Source of the DNA: a virus
Reading direction: 5' to 3' (one strand)
DNA: 42,218 bases
Virus record (IMG/VR): IMGVR_UViG_3300021791_000004
Coordinates: 1 to 42,218 of that record
In this document: positions 16,723-25,561 of the stretch, piece by piece
How the letters are laid out: every line of letters begins with the position of its first letter
Position numbering within the stretch: the first letter of the stretch is position 1
Program-made: the position numbers and the translations under genes
The notes under the pieces: generated by a model
The model's input: only the letters and a program-made list of their open reading frames with translations
Database searches by the model: none
What the model was told of the DNA's origin: nothing

Positions 16723-17221
16723 TTATCTGTCCTCTTCTATATTCATGGAATGCTACTGACGGATCAGTAAAAAAGTAAGGATCTCCACACTTTTCAAAAG
16801 AAGTTGCTCTCAACCATTTATGATGCTCCTTATTACGGCTATCGGTGTAGCAGACCAAGTAAGGAAACTTCAAGGAGTCTAACCACAACCGTGACCCTCT
16901 AACAAATGAAGACCTGTACTTTCGTATAAGAGGGGTAGCTAAGCACCATACACTATTACCAATACTTCCCCATATAACCCAAGGAACACCGTTAGTCACA
17001 CCTACCAGACCACCAGAATCTATAGCTATCCTTATACCATTTCTTGGGGTTTCCCCACTACAAGCTTTAATCTCTTCTTTATCCTCTGTACGCAGATGCG
17101 TAGACAAGTAATCAATATCTTCATGTGTTGCCTTACGAACCTCAAGAGCCTCTATATATTTGGGGGCTAAACCTAGCACTCCATTCGGAACTGACAATGT
17201 GGTGTGGGATGTGGGTATCAT
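16715..17221 (-). CDS. Hypothetical protein in the gp13 slot (possible acetyltransferase-like fold)
   Basis: 168 aa, ATG at 17221, overlapping the gp12-like 3' end by 80 nt. The C-terminal ...CYTDSRNKEHHKWLRATSFEKCG resembles the end of GNAT-type folds. That is a weak, motif-level impression. Confidence 0.5.
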   Translation of the reverse strand: MIPTSHTTLSVPNGVLGLAPKYIEALEVRKATHEDIDYLSTHLRTEDKEEIKACSGETPRNGIRIAIDSGGLVGVTNGVPWVIWGSIGNSVWCLATPLIRKYRSSFVRGSRLWLDSLKFPYLVCYTDSRNKEHHKWLRATSFEKCGDPYFFTDPSVAFHEYRRGQINV

Positions 17222-20141
17222 TGTGAACTACCATTCTCATCTCAGTGGAGTTAGCTCTAATAGGTATCTTAGCTGTCCCATTCTCTAACAATGCCGATCC
17301 TACTAAGGACTCTCCTAGGGTCGATCCTACTGAGTACTCATAAGGAGTAGTTGTTTTAGGTGTAGGATATACTTTAACCTTGTAGAAAGCAGAGTCTTCA
17401 TGATGAAGTAGGTATTCCATTACCTGCAGCCTAGCTCGAAGATTAGTTGCCTGCTCTTCAGCTTTAGCCACAGGTCGGCTAACTTCTAGCTCAGAGTCGT
17501 AAGTCTCTCCTATATAAAAGCCAGAAACTCTAGCAAACTTAGTACTTGAAGGACTTGCAAGCATATCAGCATCTGCTGTTGCAGAAGTTATTACAGTAGG
17601 TGTGTAGGGGAGAGTAGTAGGATCCTCATCTGAATGAGTATGAGTCCTCTGATCCCCCTGTAGAACTATTGAGCTAGTCCCTAGAGGATCTGTAGTCATA
17701 GTCAGGACGTTTCCCGGTTTATTGGTATTGGGAGTGTCAAAAGCTCTGACTACTACTTTGCTTGCAGCCCTAACCACATAATCAGTAGGAAGCACTATTG
17801 TTGTAGTATCAGCTACATTGTCATATGTCTGAGTACCACATTGAATATCATCTATACGCCTATCAAGTGAAGTCTTGTATGAAGCATTGGAATCTACAAC
17901 GCCAGAAGCAATTGCCATCTTGTATAGCTCTGGTCCTGTAGACTGGGGTTGCAGTATTAAGTACAGGGTATCTTGAAAGAAGTCTGCAGAGATTATATCA
18001 GCAGCAAAGGTCCACTTACTCCAAGAACTTTGCACCTTCTCATTGCCATGCCAGTACCACTGGTAGAAGTACAGAGTTTTAGAATCGTCATCTGTAAGGA
18101 CCACCAATGAATCAACTACAGGTGACACTGACATCTGAGTCACACTACCTTTTATATAGGTAGGGATATGTCGAGTACTCTCAGCTATGTATGCCATCTG
18201 ATCTTCACGAATGAAGTACTCTCCTATACTGGAGAACCCTCCTCTTGTAGAAGTGAACCCTAAAGCTGACCCCATATTAACAGGCTTAGCTTTAGGATTA
18301 GAGGAGTACTTAGTAGTCTCTGAAAGGCTGACACTTTGAGAAGTCAATACTCCATTAGAGCTTAAGGTATATTGACCATCAAGAGTGAAACCTATAAGTT
18401 CATCTTGAAGAACAGCTACATAGTGGAAGTCAGCTACATTATTACTAGAAGCAGCAACATCTATCCTTGAATCATCCAATGAGGTAGAGACTGTAGTTGG
18501 CCAGAAGTTGGTATAGACACCTCTTTGAGAAAGGATCAAGCTCTGCTTAGAGGCAAACCCTAAGGACTCTCTCCATTCAAAGACATCATTAATAGTACTA
18601 TCTACGAATGAAGGATCTCCTGCTGTATCTTCATCACCAACCTCCCTGTCACCCCACTTGGGACCTGTCTTGTCATCATAAAGCGTTCCCTCTGCTGGCA
18701 TGAATCTAAAGTCACCACTTGAATCCCTTAAGAGAACATGAGGCATAGTCTCAGGTTTAAACTTATACTTTATTCCACCCTTCACATCCTCTACCCACTT
18801 ACCGGGAAGTAGTCTTAGTCTTACTAACTTGGTATGTTCTGTAGAATAAGATCCGCTTACGCTATATGTAGCAGAGATGTCTCCAGTTTCATCAAAGTTT
18901 GAATTGAACTTTATTGTATCTTCAGATAAAACATCAATAAAATAGACTTGGTTGACTGCAGTATCTAAGAATAACCCGGAGGAGCTGGTAATAGTGAAAT
19001 CACCTTTCACTAACTCGACAGTCTCCCATCCCCCTTGTGATGTTTTAGCTGCTGTAGTATTCCTAGTTATGAATCGGTGTCCGTTTATTGTAATTACGCC
19101 ACTTCCCGCATCAGTAAAGGCATCTTCAGGACTACCGGCCTCATCTGCAACTACAACTTCTTCAAAGCCATCATCATTGAAACTAAACTGATCTACATTA
19201 TCGGGTACAAACTTAACCCAAAACCCCTCAGAAGAGTCATCATCTTCAGCCGCTCCTCCGACATTCACTCTCATTCCCGGTATACCCATTCTAGGAAGAT
19301 CGCCTACTCCTCCTACAGAATCCTTTATAACTGCTACAAATGTGTCTGAATAAGAATGAGTAGCTTTTAATGTAAAGTCATTTGTATTGTTCTCTATGAA
19401 TAGAATATTACCAGTACACCCTATTCGCCATCTAGCTTGTAGATTGGCAGAAATTATGTCATCGTTAAGTTTTTCGGCTAGTTTTCCTGCTACTTCTTGA
19501 AGGTTTATAGCCTCTCCTTCCATGTGATTCACTGAAAAAGTATGATCTCCTGCACCATCAGCATACTCTTCTTGGATATGAATACTGAAAGTAGAGGTTG
19601 CTGTTCCTCCATCAGCCTTAATCCACACTAATGCTTTATAAGGCCCTGTCGAGCTTAGATCATCTGCCATTTCTGTTGTAGTATTGCGATTAACAATGAA
19701 AGTAGTATCAGCAATAGTATGTGCTCTGAAGGCATCCTTTGGGGAGCTGAAAGTATCATCAGCATTCAAGTTCATATAAGATGAACCACTTCCTAGTAAA
19801 GCCGACGAAGTGCCAGTAGGAGTTACTGTCTTAACAGCTCCATCAATACCGAATACCCTTATAGAATCATCTTGCATTACAACGAAGTACTTCTCTTCTT
19901 CATCCCTATTAATGATGTGTATCTTTGCATCACTCCAGTCTTCAGTAAGAACAGCAAAATGCTCATCTTGAAGAACCTTTATAAACTCGGTAGGGAACCT
20001 CTTGGAAACCCCACTAGATAGATGTGCTAAGCAGTTGATCTGCTCTTGTACCTGACTAGGTAGCCGCAGTACTTCAGACTGTTGGCTAACTCCATTGATA
20101 AGCATAGGGACTGAATCCCCAACCAGCCTCTTAGTTGGCAT
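17142..20141 (-). CDS. Tail tubular protein B (T7 gp12-like)
   Basis: 999 aa. N-terminal LINGVSQQSEVLRLPSQ compares with T7 gp12 LKGGISQQPDILRYPDQ. It follows the gp11-like ORF with an overlap. Confidence 0.88.
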   Translation of the reverse strand: MPTKRLVGDSVPMLINGVSQQSEVLRLPSQVQEQINCLAHLSSGVSKRFPTEFIKVLQDEHFAVLTEDWSDAKIHIINRDEEEKYFVVMQDDSIRVFGIDGAVKTVTPTGTSSALLGSGSSYMNLNADDTFSSPKDAFRAHTIADTTFIVNRNTTTEMADDLSSTGPYKALVWIKADGGTATSTFSIHIQEEYADGAGDHTFSVNHMEGEAINLQEVAGKLAEKLNDDIISANLQARWRIGCTGNILFIENNTNDFTLKATHSYSDTFVAVIKDSVGGVGDLPRMGIPGMRVNVGGAAEDDDSSEGFWVKFVPDNVDQFSFNDDGFEEVVVADEAGSPEDAFTDAGSGVITINGHRFITRNTTAAKTSQGGWETVELVKGDFTITSSSGLFLDTAVNQVYFIDVLSEDTIKFNSNFDETGDISATYSVSGSYSTEHTKLVRLRLLPGKWVEDVKGGIKYKFKPETMPHVLLRDSSGDFRFMPAEGTLYDDKTGPKWGDREVGDEDTAGDPSFVDSTINDVFEWRESLGFASKQSLILSQRGVYTNFWPTTVSTSLDDSRIDVAASSNNVADFHYVAVLQDELIGFTLDGQYTLSSNGVLTSQSVSLSETTKYSSNPKAKPVNMGSALGFTSTRGGFSSIGEYFIREDQMAYIAESTRHIPTYIKGSVTQMSVSPVVDSLVVLTDDDSKTLYFYQWYWHGNEKVQSSWSKWTFAADIISADFFQDTLYLILQPQSTGPELYKMAIASGVVDSNASYKTSLDRRIDDIQCGTQTYDNVADTTTIVLPTDYVVRAASKVVVRAFDTPNTNKPGNVLTMTTDPLGTSSIVLQGDQRTHTHSDEDPTTLPYTPTVITSATADADMLASPSSTKFARVSGFYIGETYDSELEVSRPVAKAEEQATNLRARLQVMEYLLHHEDSAFYKVKVYPTPKTTTPYEYSVGSTLGESLVGSALLENGTAKIPIRANSTEMRMVVHNDTHIPHHIVSSEWSARFSPQIYRGS

Positions 20142-20742
20142 AACTTGTAGTCCTTGGCCTAAACCGTAGGGCAGCAGATCGTCTGAATCTGACTAGGTTA
20201 GCATCATTGGTATCTATCTCTTGGGATTTAAAAGAGTTCCATGCGTGCATCTGATCTTCCTGATTGAACCTATGAGTTAAGCTACCAGCCTCAACATCAT
20301 CTGCCATACGCAAAGCTGAAGTAACTGTTATATAGTTCTGAGCATGAGGAGGCAGTTCATCCCAAGGCAATAGCCATGTCACCTCTGCTTCTATTGAAGA
20401 TCCAAAAACATATGTATTACCGTATCGGTTATATAGAAAGCTTCCCCTAATAACTACATCAAGTTTAGGATATGTAAACCTATCTACTTCTACAGCTAGC
20501 ATAGTATCAGTTATAGGAATCTTATTGTCAGAGTCACCAGTTAGAGTGTACTCTTCATCTACATTAAAAGACCATCCTCTTAATTGTAGTTCTCTACTAG
20601 AGTTTCCTAGTACTCTTACTGCCATTCCAATATCCACTGAGCTGTCTGTAAGGGAGTTTACAGGACTTTGGCCTATGTTAGTCAGGACTGCATTAACTGC
20701 ATCTAGCTCAGAGTATCGAGCTGTTGGACTTATGGATGGCAT
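20131..20742 (-). CDS. Tail tubular protein A (T7 gp11-like)
   Basis: 203 aa. ELDAVNAVLTNIGQSPVNSL and RGWSFN compare with T7 gp11 [20 protein letters not shown] and RGWTFN. Confidence 0.88.
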   Translation of the reverse strand: MPSISPTARYSELDAVNAVLTNIGQSPVNSLTDSSVDIGMAVRVLGNSSRELQLRGWSFNVDEEYTLTGDSDNKIPITDTMLAVEVDRFTYPKLDVVIRGSFLYNRYGNTYVFGSSIEAEVTWLLPWDELPPHAQNYITVTSALRMADDVEAGSLTHRFNQEDQMHAWNSFKSQEIDTNDANLVRFRRSAALRFRPRTTSYAN

Positions 20743-20774
20743 AGTGTTTCAACTCCAAATCAATATAATAAATA

Positions 20775-20804
20775 CAGAGTGAACCCCGGTAAGGATCCAC
20801 TCTG
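20775..20804 (-). terminator. Hairpin plus T-rich tract downstream of the capsid gene (Tphi-like position)
   Basis: Minus strand: cagagtg-(16 nt with about 3 inner pairs)-cactctg, followed by tatttattatattgattt. In T7 the main late terminator follows gene 10. Confidence 0.4.
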
Positions 20805-20843
20805 CCAAGGAGAACGCATCACCTGAGCGGTGATAGATTCAAA

Positions 20844-21926
20844 TCAGTCGTCCAACAGAGCATAGCAAGCCTCTTCACGAAGCACGCCATGACCAACTGC
20901 CATCTTGGCGACCATCAAAGTCGCTTGCTTCTGAATCAGATACTCATCTTCATAAGTAAGATCCTGTAGCTTGACAGTACCCAAGCAAGTCGGGTGTAGA
21001 ATTAGACCTTTGAATTTAGAACAATCAACAGCATACTTGGAGTTTGTGCCAGCAGGATCAGCATCCGGTACACCGTCATCAAAGTCAGTAGTGGCATCGG
21101 TGTCGTGCTCTACGAGAGCAGTACCATTGACACTAACACCTGTAGCCGCTGCAAGGTTTAAACCGTTCGGTAGATTGTTGCTCTTCAAGATTGGGATACC
21201 CGCAATAGTCGGGACCGAACCTGAAGCAATACTACCTGAACCGCCATAATCCTTATTGATAGCAATAGTTCCTGCACCTGCCGTACCAGTAATCAAGAGG
21301 TAATACTCTTGTGGTTTAAGGATACAAACCAATCCTTCGGTAGGTACGTCATAAGTCTCTAGATTTTCCAATGCTTCATAGATCGACATGACAATGTTAG
21401 CTGGCTCTTCGAGATTTCTTGCAGTTGTCTGTCGTGCGTTTCCTGCCCATGCAGGTACATTGGTACTACTGTCATTCAAACGATCAAAAGCAGTTCTGGT
21501 TGCATTATATGCCAGTGCCATCAACTGCTTATCATACGCCTGAGCAAGAGCATTACCCATCTGCTCTGCATACATACTACGAACATCAAAGTGGTTATGG
21601 AGTTCGTCAATCTCTGACACTTTAATATCACTCATCAATACACGATCCACAGTGATTACAATCTCATCGTGACGGACCTGATTGGTTCCATCAAGATCAG
21701 TAGCATTGGGAAGGTGGTAATGAGCATTGGTCTTCCAGAATGTGGGGAATGTAGCAGACTTTCCATTAGCAATACTTCGGGATTGGGTTAAACCCGACAT
21801 AATGTTATTTTCTTGGAAAGCTTTCACCACTTCCGTTAGGTAGATGGTGCGAAATAGACCTTGCTCACCCGCTCTAGTTGTCGGGAAAGTAGTGCTATTT
21901 GCAACACCCAATCTACTATAAGCCAT
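20844..21926 (-). CDS. Major capsid protein (T7 gp10-like)
   Basis: 360 aa. NGKSATFP, HNHFDVRSMY and LGTVKLQDL compare with T7 gp10 SGKSAQFP, NHYDVRSEY and VGTVKLRDL. Confidence 0.92.
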   Translation of the reverse strand: MAYSRLGVANSTTFPTTRAGEQGLFRTIYLTEVVKAFQENNIMSGLTQSRSIANGKSATFPTFWKTNAHYHLPNATDLDGTNQVRHDEIVITVDRVLMSDIKVSEIDELHNHFDVRSMYAEQMGNALAQAYDKQLMALAYNATRTAFDRLNDSSTNVPAWAGNARQTTARNLEEPANIVMSIYEALENLETYDVPTEGLVCILKPQEYYLLITGTAGAGTIAINKDYGGSGSIASGSVPTIAGIPILKSNNLPNGLNLAAATGVSVNGTALVEHDTDATTDFDDGVPDADPAGTNSKYAVDCSKFKGLILHPTCLGTVKLQDLTYEDEYLIQKQATLMVAKMAVGHGVLREEACYALLDD

Positions 21927-22064
21927 AATAGATGCCTTTCTAATAAGTTAATTGGGAGTAAAAAAAGATACACAACACAACTGTCAGTAATCTTTGGCTA
22001 TATTGACTGACATCAGGTTGCCCCACGCATGGGACCCAATCGCCTATTAGCTAGATAGGGACAG

Positions 22065-22096
22065 AAAAGATTCCTATAGGTGTCCCCATAGGAATC
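22065..22096 (-). terminator. Intrinsic terminator between the spanin-like genes and the capsid gene
   Basis: Minus strand: gattcctatggg-gaca-cctataggaatc (12-bp stem with one G-U, tetraloop), followed by ttttctg. It begins 3 nt after the stop at 22099. Confidence 0.7.
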
Positions 22097-22098
22097 AA

Positions 22099-22365
22099 TT
22101 AATGATTTCTTATAGATCTAAGAGTGTCATTGAAGACAGCAATCTTATTGAAGTCTTCACGGACATGATCTGGCCAAGGACTATGACTCATCATCCAGTC
22201 CTTAGTTTCCTGAGTGAACTCGATAGGTTCTAACCAAGACAGGTCATCGTAAGAATGCCCTAAGCTACAGCTTGTTAACGATGTCCCTATCGTTATCAGG
22301 GACACTACAATTAGCAGTCTTACGAGCAAGTTGAAACCTTTTGATAGTCTCTTTAAGAGAGGCAT
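22099..22365 (-). CDS. Outer-membrane lipoprotein, o-spanin candidate
   Basis: 88 aa, ATG at 22365. Signal-like MPLLKRLSKGFNLLVRLLIVVSLITIGTSLTSC with lipobox L-T-S-C. Short mature part containing SPWPDH. The start is embedded out of frame in the preceding ORF. Confidence 0.55.
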   Translation of the reverse strand: MPLLKRLSKGFNLLVRLLIVVSLITIGTSLTSCSLGHSYDDLSWLEPIEFTQETKDWMMSHSPWPDHVREDFNKIAVFNDTLRSIRNH

Positions 22366-22474
22366 TCTCTTTCTCTAGCCTTCCTTTTTGCACTAAAGTT
22401 CGCTGCCCTAAATAGGAAAAGATAGCCTGAATTACAGCTAGAGCTGATCCTATTAAACTAGTTATTCCAACCAT
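22265..22474 (-). CDS. N-terminally anchored coiled-coil protein, i-spanin candidate
   Basis: 69 aa. N-terminal TM ITSLIGSALAVIQAIFSYL followed by the charged helix RLEKENASLKETIKRFQLARK. Overlaps the lipoprotein ORF across 22265-22365. Confidence 0.5.
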   Translation of the reverse strand: MVGITSLIGSALAVIQAIFSYLGQRTLVQKGRLEKENASLKETIKRFQLARKTANCSVPDNDRDIVNKL

Positions 22475-22477
22475 GAT

Positions 22478-22678
22478 TTAGCTATCACCTGTTCCATTGT
22501 TATTGGAAGTCTCTACTTTCTTGGAGATTGCTTCTAGCTTATTAAGAGCTGGAGTAAGCATTTCTAAAATCTTATCATCCTTCTTAGAAGGAGTTAGCTT
22601 AACTACTAAGCAAGCTAAACCATAAGCAGCAAGAAGAAACTCACATATGCTAGCCCAATTACTATATACCCAATCCAT
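22478..22678 (-). CDS. Small single-TM protein (holin candidate)
   Basis: 66 aa. One TM (ICEFLLAAYGLACLVV) followed by LTPSKKDDKILEML and a polar tail. It is the first of three small membrane-protein genes. Confidence 0.5.
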   Translation of the reverse strand: MDWVYSNWASICEFLLAAYGLACLVVKLTPSKKDDKILEMLTPALNKLEAISKKVETSNNNGTGDS

Positions 22679-22690
22679 ATGAATAATCTC

Positions 22691-23458
22691 CTAAGTGTTG
22701 TTTACGAAGGCTGAAGCCCCTACTTTTCGTTCCCATTCTTCTCTATATGCAGGGTCAGTATCATACCTCTTATCTCTTCGTGCTTCTACTGCTGCCTGTA
22801 GACTGGGAAAAGCTTCTACAGTATCAGTAGGTTGACTTGTCTTACCCCCTAGAAGTTTAGGATCTAGTCCTACTGACTCCTTGTACTGGTTGGATAACTT
22901 CATTACTGCTATCCGTACCTGATCTTTATCACTTCCAGTCAGTGTATCATTGATTTGTCCTATGTCTGCTTCAGATAGGTTTGAACTAGCCCAACTTAGA
23001 AGTGCTCGGTATTGGTCTTCTCCCCCTGCCATGTCAAATATTTCGTTATTAAAGGACTCCGATTCTGCTTGTCTAAAACGTATGTAGTTATCTACCTCCC
23101 CTTTTTCAAGTCCAAACTTTGAGCTTAACTCTTGATAAGTCTCTGTTGTAAGAGAGTTGTTGTTCTCTACAAACTCTTCTTCATACCTAGATAACTCAAA
23201 AGAATCGGGAGCAACCGACTCTGATGGGGTAGGCTGAGCAGGAGTTTCTGCTGGTGTCTCTGCTGGAGCCTGCCCAATCTTCTGCTCTAGTTCTAAGTAA
23301 CTTGAGAGTAGAGTAGGGGTATCCACCTCCCCTTTATCTTTATTCCAAAACTTCTCTGGTATGCCCTCAGGTCTAGAGTCTGTTTCCTGATTAGGAATGG
23401 CAATAGACCCTCCTCCGGGAGGTCCGTCCCCTGTTAATTGAACTGACTCTTCAGCCAT
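22691..23458 (-). CDS. Scaffolding protein (T7 gp9 position)
   Basis: 255 aa, acidic, with PAETPAETPAQP repeats. Immediately downstream of the portal gene. Confidence 0.7.
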   Translation of the reverse strand: MAEESVQLTGDGPPGGGSIAIPNQETDSRPEGIPEKFWNKDKGEVDTPTLLSSYLELEQKIGQAPAETPAETPAQPTPSESVAPDSFELSRYEEEFVENNNSLTTETYQELSSKFGLEKGEVDNYIRFRQAESESFNNEIFDMAGGEDQYRALLSWASSNLSEADIGQINDTLTGSDKDQVRIAVMKLSNQYKESVGLDPKLLGGKTSQPTDTVEAFPSLQAAVEARRDKRYDTDPAYREEWERKVGASAFVNNT

Positions 23459-23481
23459 TTATAAGTCTCCTATATCTAATC

Positions 23482-25110
23482 TTAAGCCTCTGGTGCAGGA
23501 GGAGCTTCAAGCTGCTCTTGTTGCATCTGATCTCTAGCAATACCACCCATCTGATTAACAGCATTAGGACCAAGCTGAGCAGTCATTGCTGCCATCTGCT
23601 CTCGGTTCTCACGTTCCATAATCTCTTCATCAGTATAGAATATATCTAGCTTATCTACACCATGACTAGTAAAGATCTGATTCAACGCTTTCCTACTGTC
23701 TACTACTTTGGACACTGCCTCTGGACCTAGCAACTGGGTAGCAACCCCAATCGCACTAGCTAGAGAGTTCATCTCATGCCCTCTATCTATAGCCTCGAAA
23801 CCTGTAACAATCAAGAGTTCAACACTATCTGGTAAAGGATCTAGTATGCCCTTAGCTGCAGCACGATTAGTTAAACGATAAGCTAAAGGTCTTTGAACCT
23901 CTGCTTCAAGGTTTGAATAAGCTCCTCCAAGGGCATCCTGTAGTTCCTGCATTACTGTCCTGATCTCCTCAGCAGTTACCCTTTCAGCATGTCTTTGAAC
24001 AGATGTATTCAACAGGAAGGCATAGCCTAAAGCAGCCCTGAGATCTCGCTGAGTCTCTAAGGCTACCCTAAAGTCTACCTGCTTGTTGGTCTTAAGAGTC
24101 CAAAGATCTCCCTCCTCCCCATCAAAGAAACCACCATTCCTAACCTTCTCTAAGTCTTTAGGAGAAGTCATAGCATTAGGACGCACACCAAATTTAGTCT
24201 GAGCAGCTATTAAACTCCCCTCCACCAATGCTTCACTCAGATCTTCACATACAGATAGATCGCCAGCATACTCTTCTACATATCCTCGACCATAGTCCTC
24301 ACCGCTAATCCTTATCATCCGTAGGGGGAACCACTTAGGATCATCTTCAGGGCTGGAACCTTCACTTCCCGGCAACTTAATTCCAGCAATCTCTTGCCAT
24401 GTATACCATCGTTTTACCTTGCTACCAACCTTAGGTTTCAAACAAATGTATGTGTATAGGTTGCAATCATTCTTATCCCCATCCATACCACTTCCAACAG
24501 CACTACTCTTAACTGCAGTTTCTAGCAGCATCTGAGTTTCCTCAGGCAAGGTTCTCCTATCTACTGTCTCTTCTAGGATTATCTCTTGGGGTTTGCCAGT
24601 ATATGGATCCCTTCTACATACATAATTAGTCAAGGGAAAGTATCTAGCTGGACCCTCATTAGGTATATGGAGCAGCACATTCCCGCTCACAAGCAAGTGC
24701 TTAAAGCACATGAACATTATGGGACGTAGCTCTGCGTCGTCTACTTGTCTAAGTACATACCTTTCATGCACCATTAAGGCACGTTCAAACTCATCCTTTT
24801 CATCAGGAGCTAGTGATCGTATCTCTTGCTCTGTGTCTGGTGAAAGACGATACTGAAAGAATCCTCTTTGACTTGGCAGTGTGACCAGTAGGAATTTAGA
24901 GGCTAAGTTATTCACTCCCCTTGATCCAATAGATTGATAGGGATCAGGCAAAGGCTGAGCACTAGACTGGCTATTAGCTGGATATAGATAGGGGATAGTC
25001 AGAGCAGCTAGATCTTTAGCTCTACCTACATAGGGTTCTCTAGCATTAGCCATACCCTTATACAGTCCAGCTAAGGTACTGTCTTCTGAACTTGAATAAT
25101 CACTTGCCAT
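23482..25110 (-). CDS. Portal / head-tail connector (T7 gp8-like)
   Basis: 542 aa. RGVNNLASKFLL and AERVTAEEIRTV compare with T7 gp8 RGLNNLASKLML and GERVTAEEIRYV. Confidence 0.93.
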   Translation of the reverse strand: MASDYSSSEDSTLAGLYKGMANAREPYVGRAKDLAALTIPYLYPANSQSSAQPLPDPYQSIGSRGVNNLASKFLLVTLPSQRGFFQYRLSPDTEQEIRSLAPDEKDEFERALMVHERYVLRQVDDAELRPIMFMCFKHLLVSGNVLLHIPNEGPARYFPLTNYVCRRDPYTGKPQEIILEETVDRRTLPEETQMLLETAVKSSAVGSGMDGDKNDCNLYTYICLKPKVGSKVKRWYTWQEIAGIKLPGSEGSSPEDDPKWFPLRMIRISGEDYGRGYVEEYAGDLSVCEDLSEALVEGSLIAAQTKFGVRPNAMTSPKDLEKVRNGGFFDGEEGDLWTLKTNKQVDFRVALETQRDLRAALGYAFLLNTSVQRHAERVTAEEIRTVMQELQDALGGAYSNLEAEVQRPLAYRLTNRAAAKGILDPLPDSVELLIVTGFEAIDRGHEMNSLASAIGVATQLLGPEAVSKVVDSRKALNQIFTSHGVDKLDIFYTDEEIMERENREQMAAMTAQLGPNAVNQMGGIARDQMQQEQLEAPPAPEA

Positions 25111-25125
25111 GTTAGACCGCCCTTA

Positions 25126-25329
25126 TCAATAGATTGTTGAGCTAGCAGTATTAGGAGTTGACTTGGGAACTGCTAGTCCAATAGTTAAAGCCCTTCTACC
25201 ACTGACTTTTCGCTTATCCCCTCTGATCTCTGCAGCCTCATCGGCTACCAGCACTTCTCCGGGCTTGTCTTCTACTGGTGTTTCCACTGGAGGTGGAGGG
25301 TCTGGGATCTTCGGACTCGAAAAGCACAT
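25126..25329 (-). CDS. gp6.7-like small virion protein
   Basis: 67 aa starting MCFSSPKIPDP, compared with T7 gp6.7 MCFSPKIKTPK. SD aggag lies 7 nt upstream of ATG 25329. Located just before the portal gene, as in T7-like genomes. Confidence 0.7.
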   Translation of the reverse strand: MCFSSPKIPDPPPPVETPVEDKPGEVLVADEAAEIRGDKRKVSGRRALTIGLAVPKSTPNTASSTIY

Positions 25330-25525
25330 GGGTGGACTCCTGCTTACTGCTTCCTACGTTCTGATCATCTAAGACCGCTTTAAGATACGAGATAACCTCT
25401 GCCGCACCAGCACGGACATACATTTCGCTTGGCTTTTCGCTAGCTTTAGGAGGGGAACAAGAGAATCTCTGCTCCAAAGCTTTAATCAAAGCCTCTGTTA
25501 TTGCTGGCATATCTTTTAAAGACAC
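25238..25525 (-). CDS. Hypothetical protein (GTG start; 3' end overlaps the gp6.7-like gene out of frame)
   Basis: GTG at 25525 lies 8 nt after ggag. An in-frame ATG at 25510 has no SD. The N-terminal 60 aa look protein-like (ITEALIKALEQRF...EVISYLKAVLDDQ). The last 30 aa or so lie in the overlap. Confidence 0.5.
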   Translation of the reverse strand: MSLKDMPAITEALIKALEQRFSCSPPKASEKPSEMYVRAGAAEVISYLKAVLDDQNVGSSKQESTHVLFESEDPRPSTSSGNTSRRQARRSAGSR

Positions 25526-25539
25526 AAGAAGTACTCCAT

Positions 25540-25561
25540 CTTAAAGGGGGGACCAGTTATT
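25540..25561 (-). promoter_or_regulatory. 22-nt motif AATAACTGGTCCCCCCTTTAAG (copy 2 of 2); phage-promoter candidate
   Basis: 19/22 identical to the minus-strand sequence at 39636-39657. Intergenic, overlapping only the stop codon of the 120-aa gene, and 15 nt upstream of the GTG at 25525. Confidence 0.4.
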
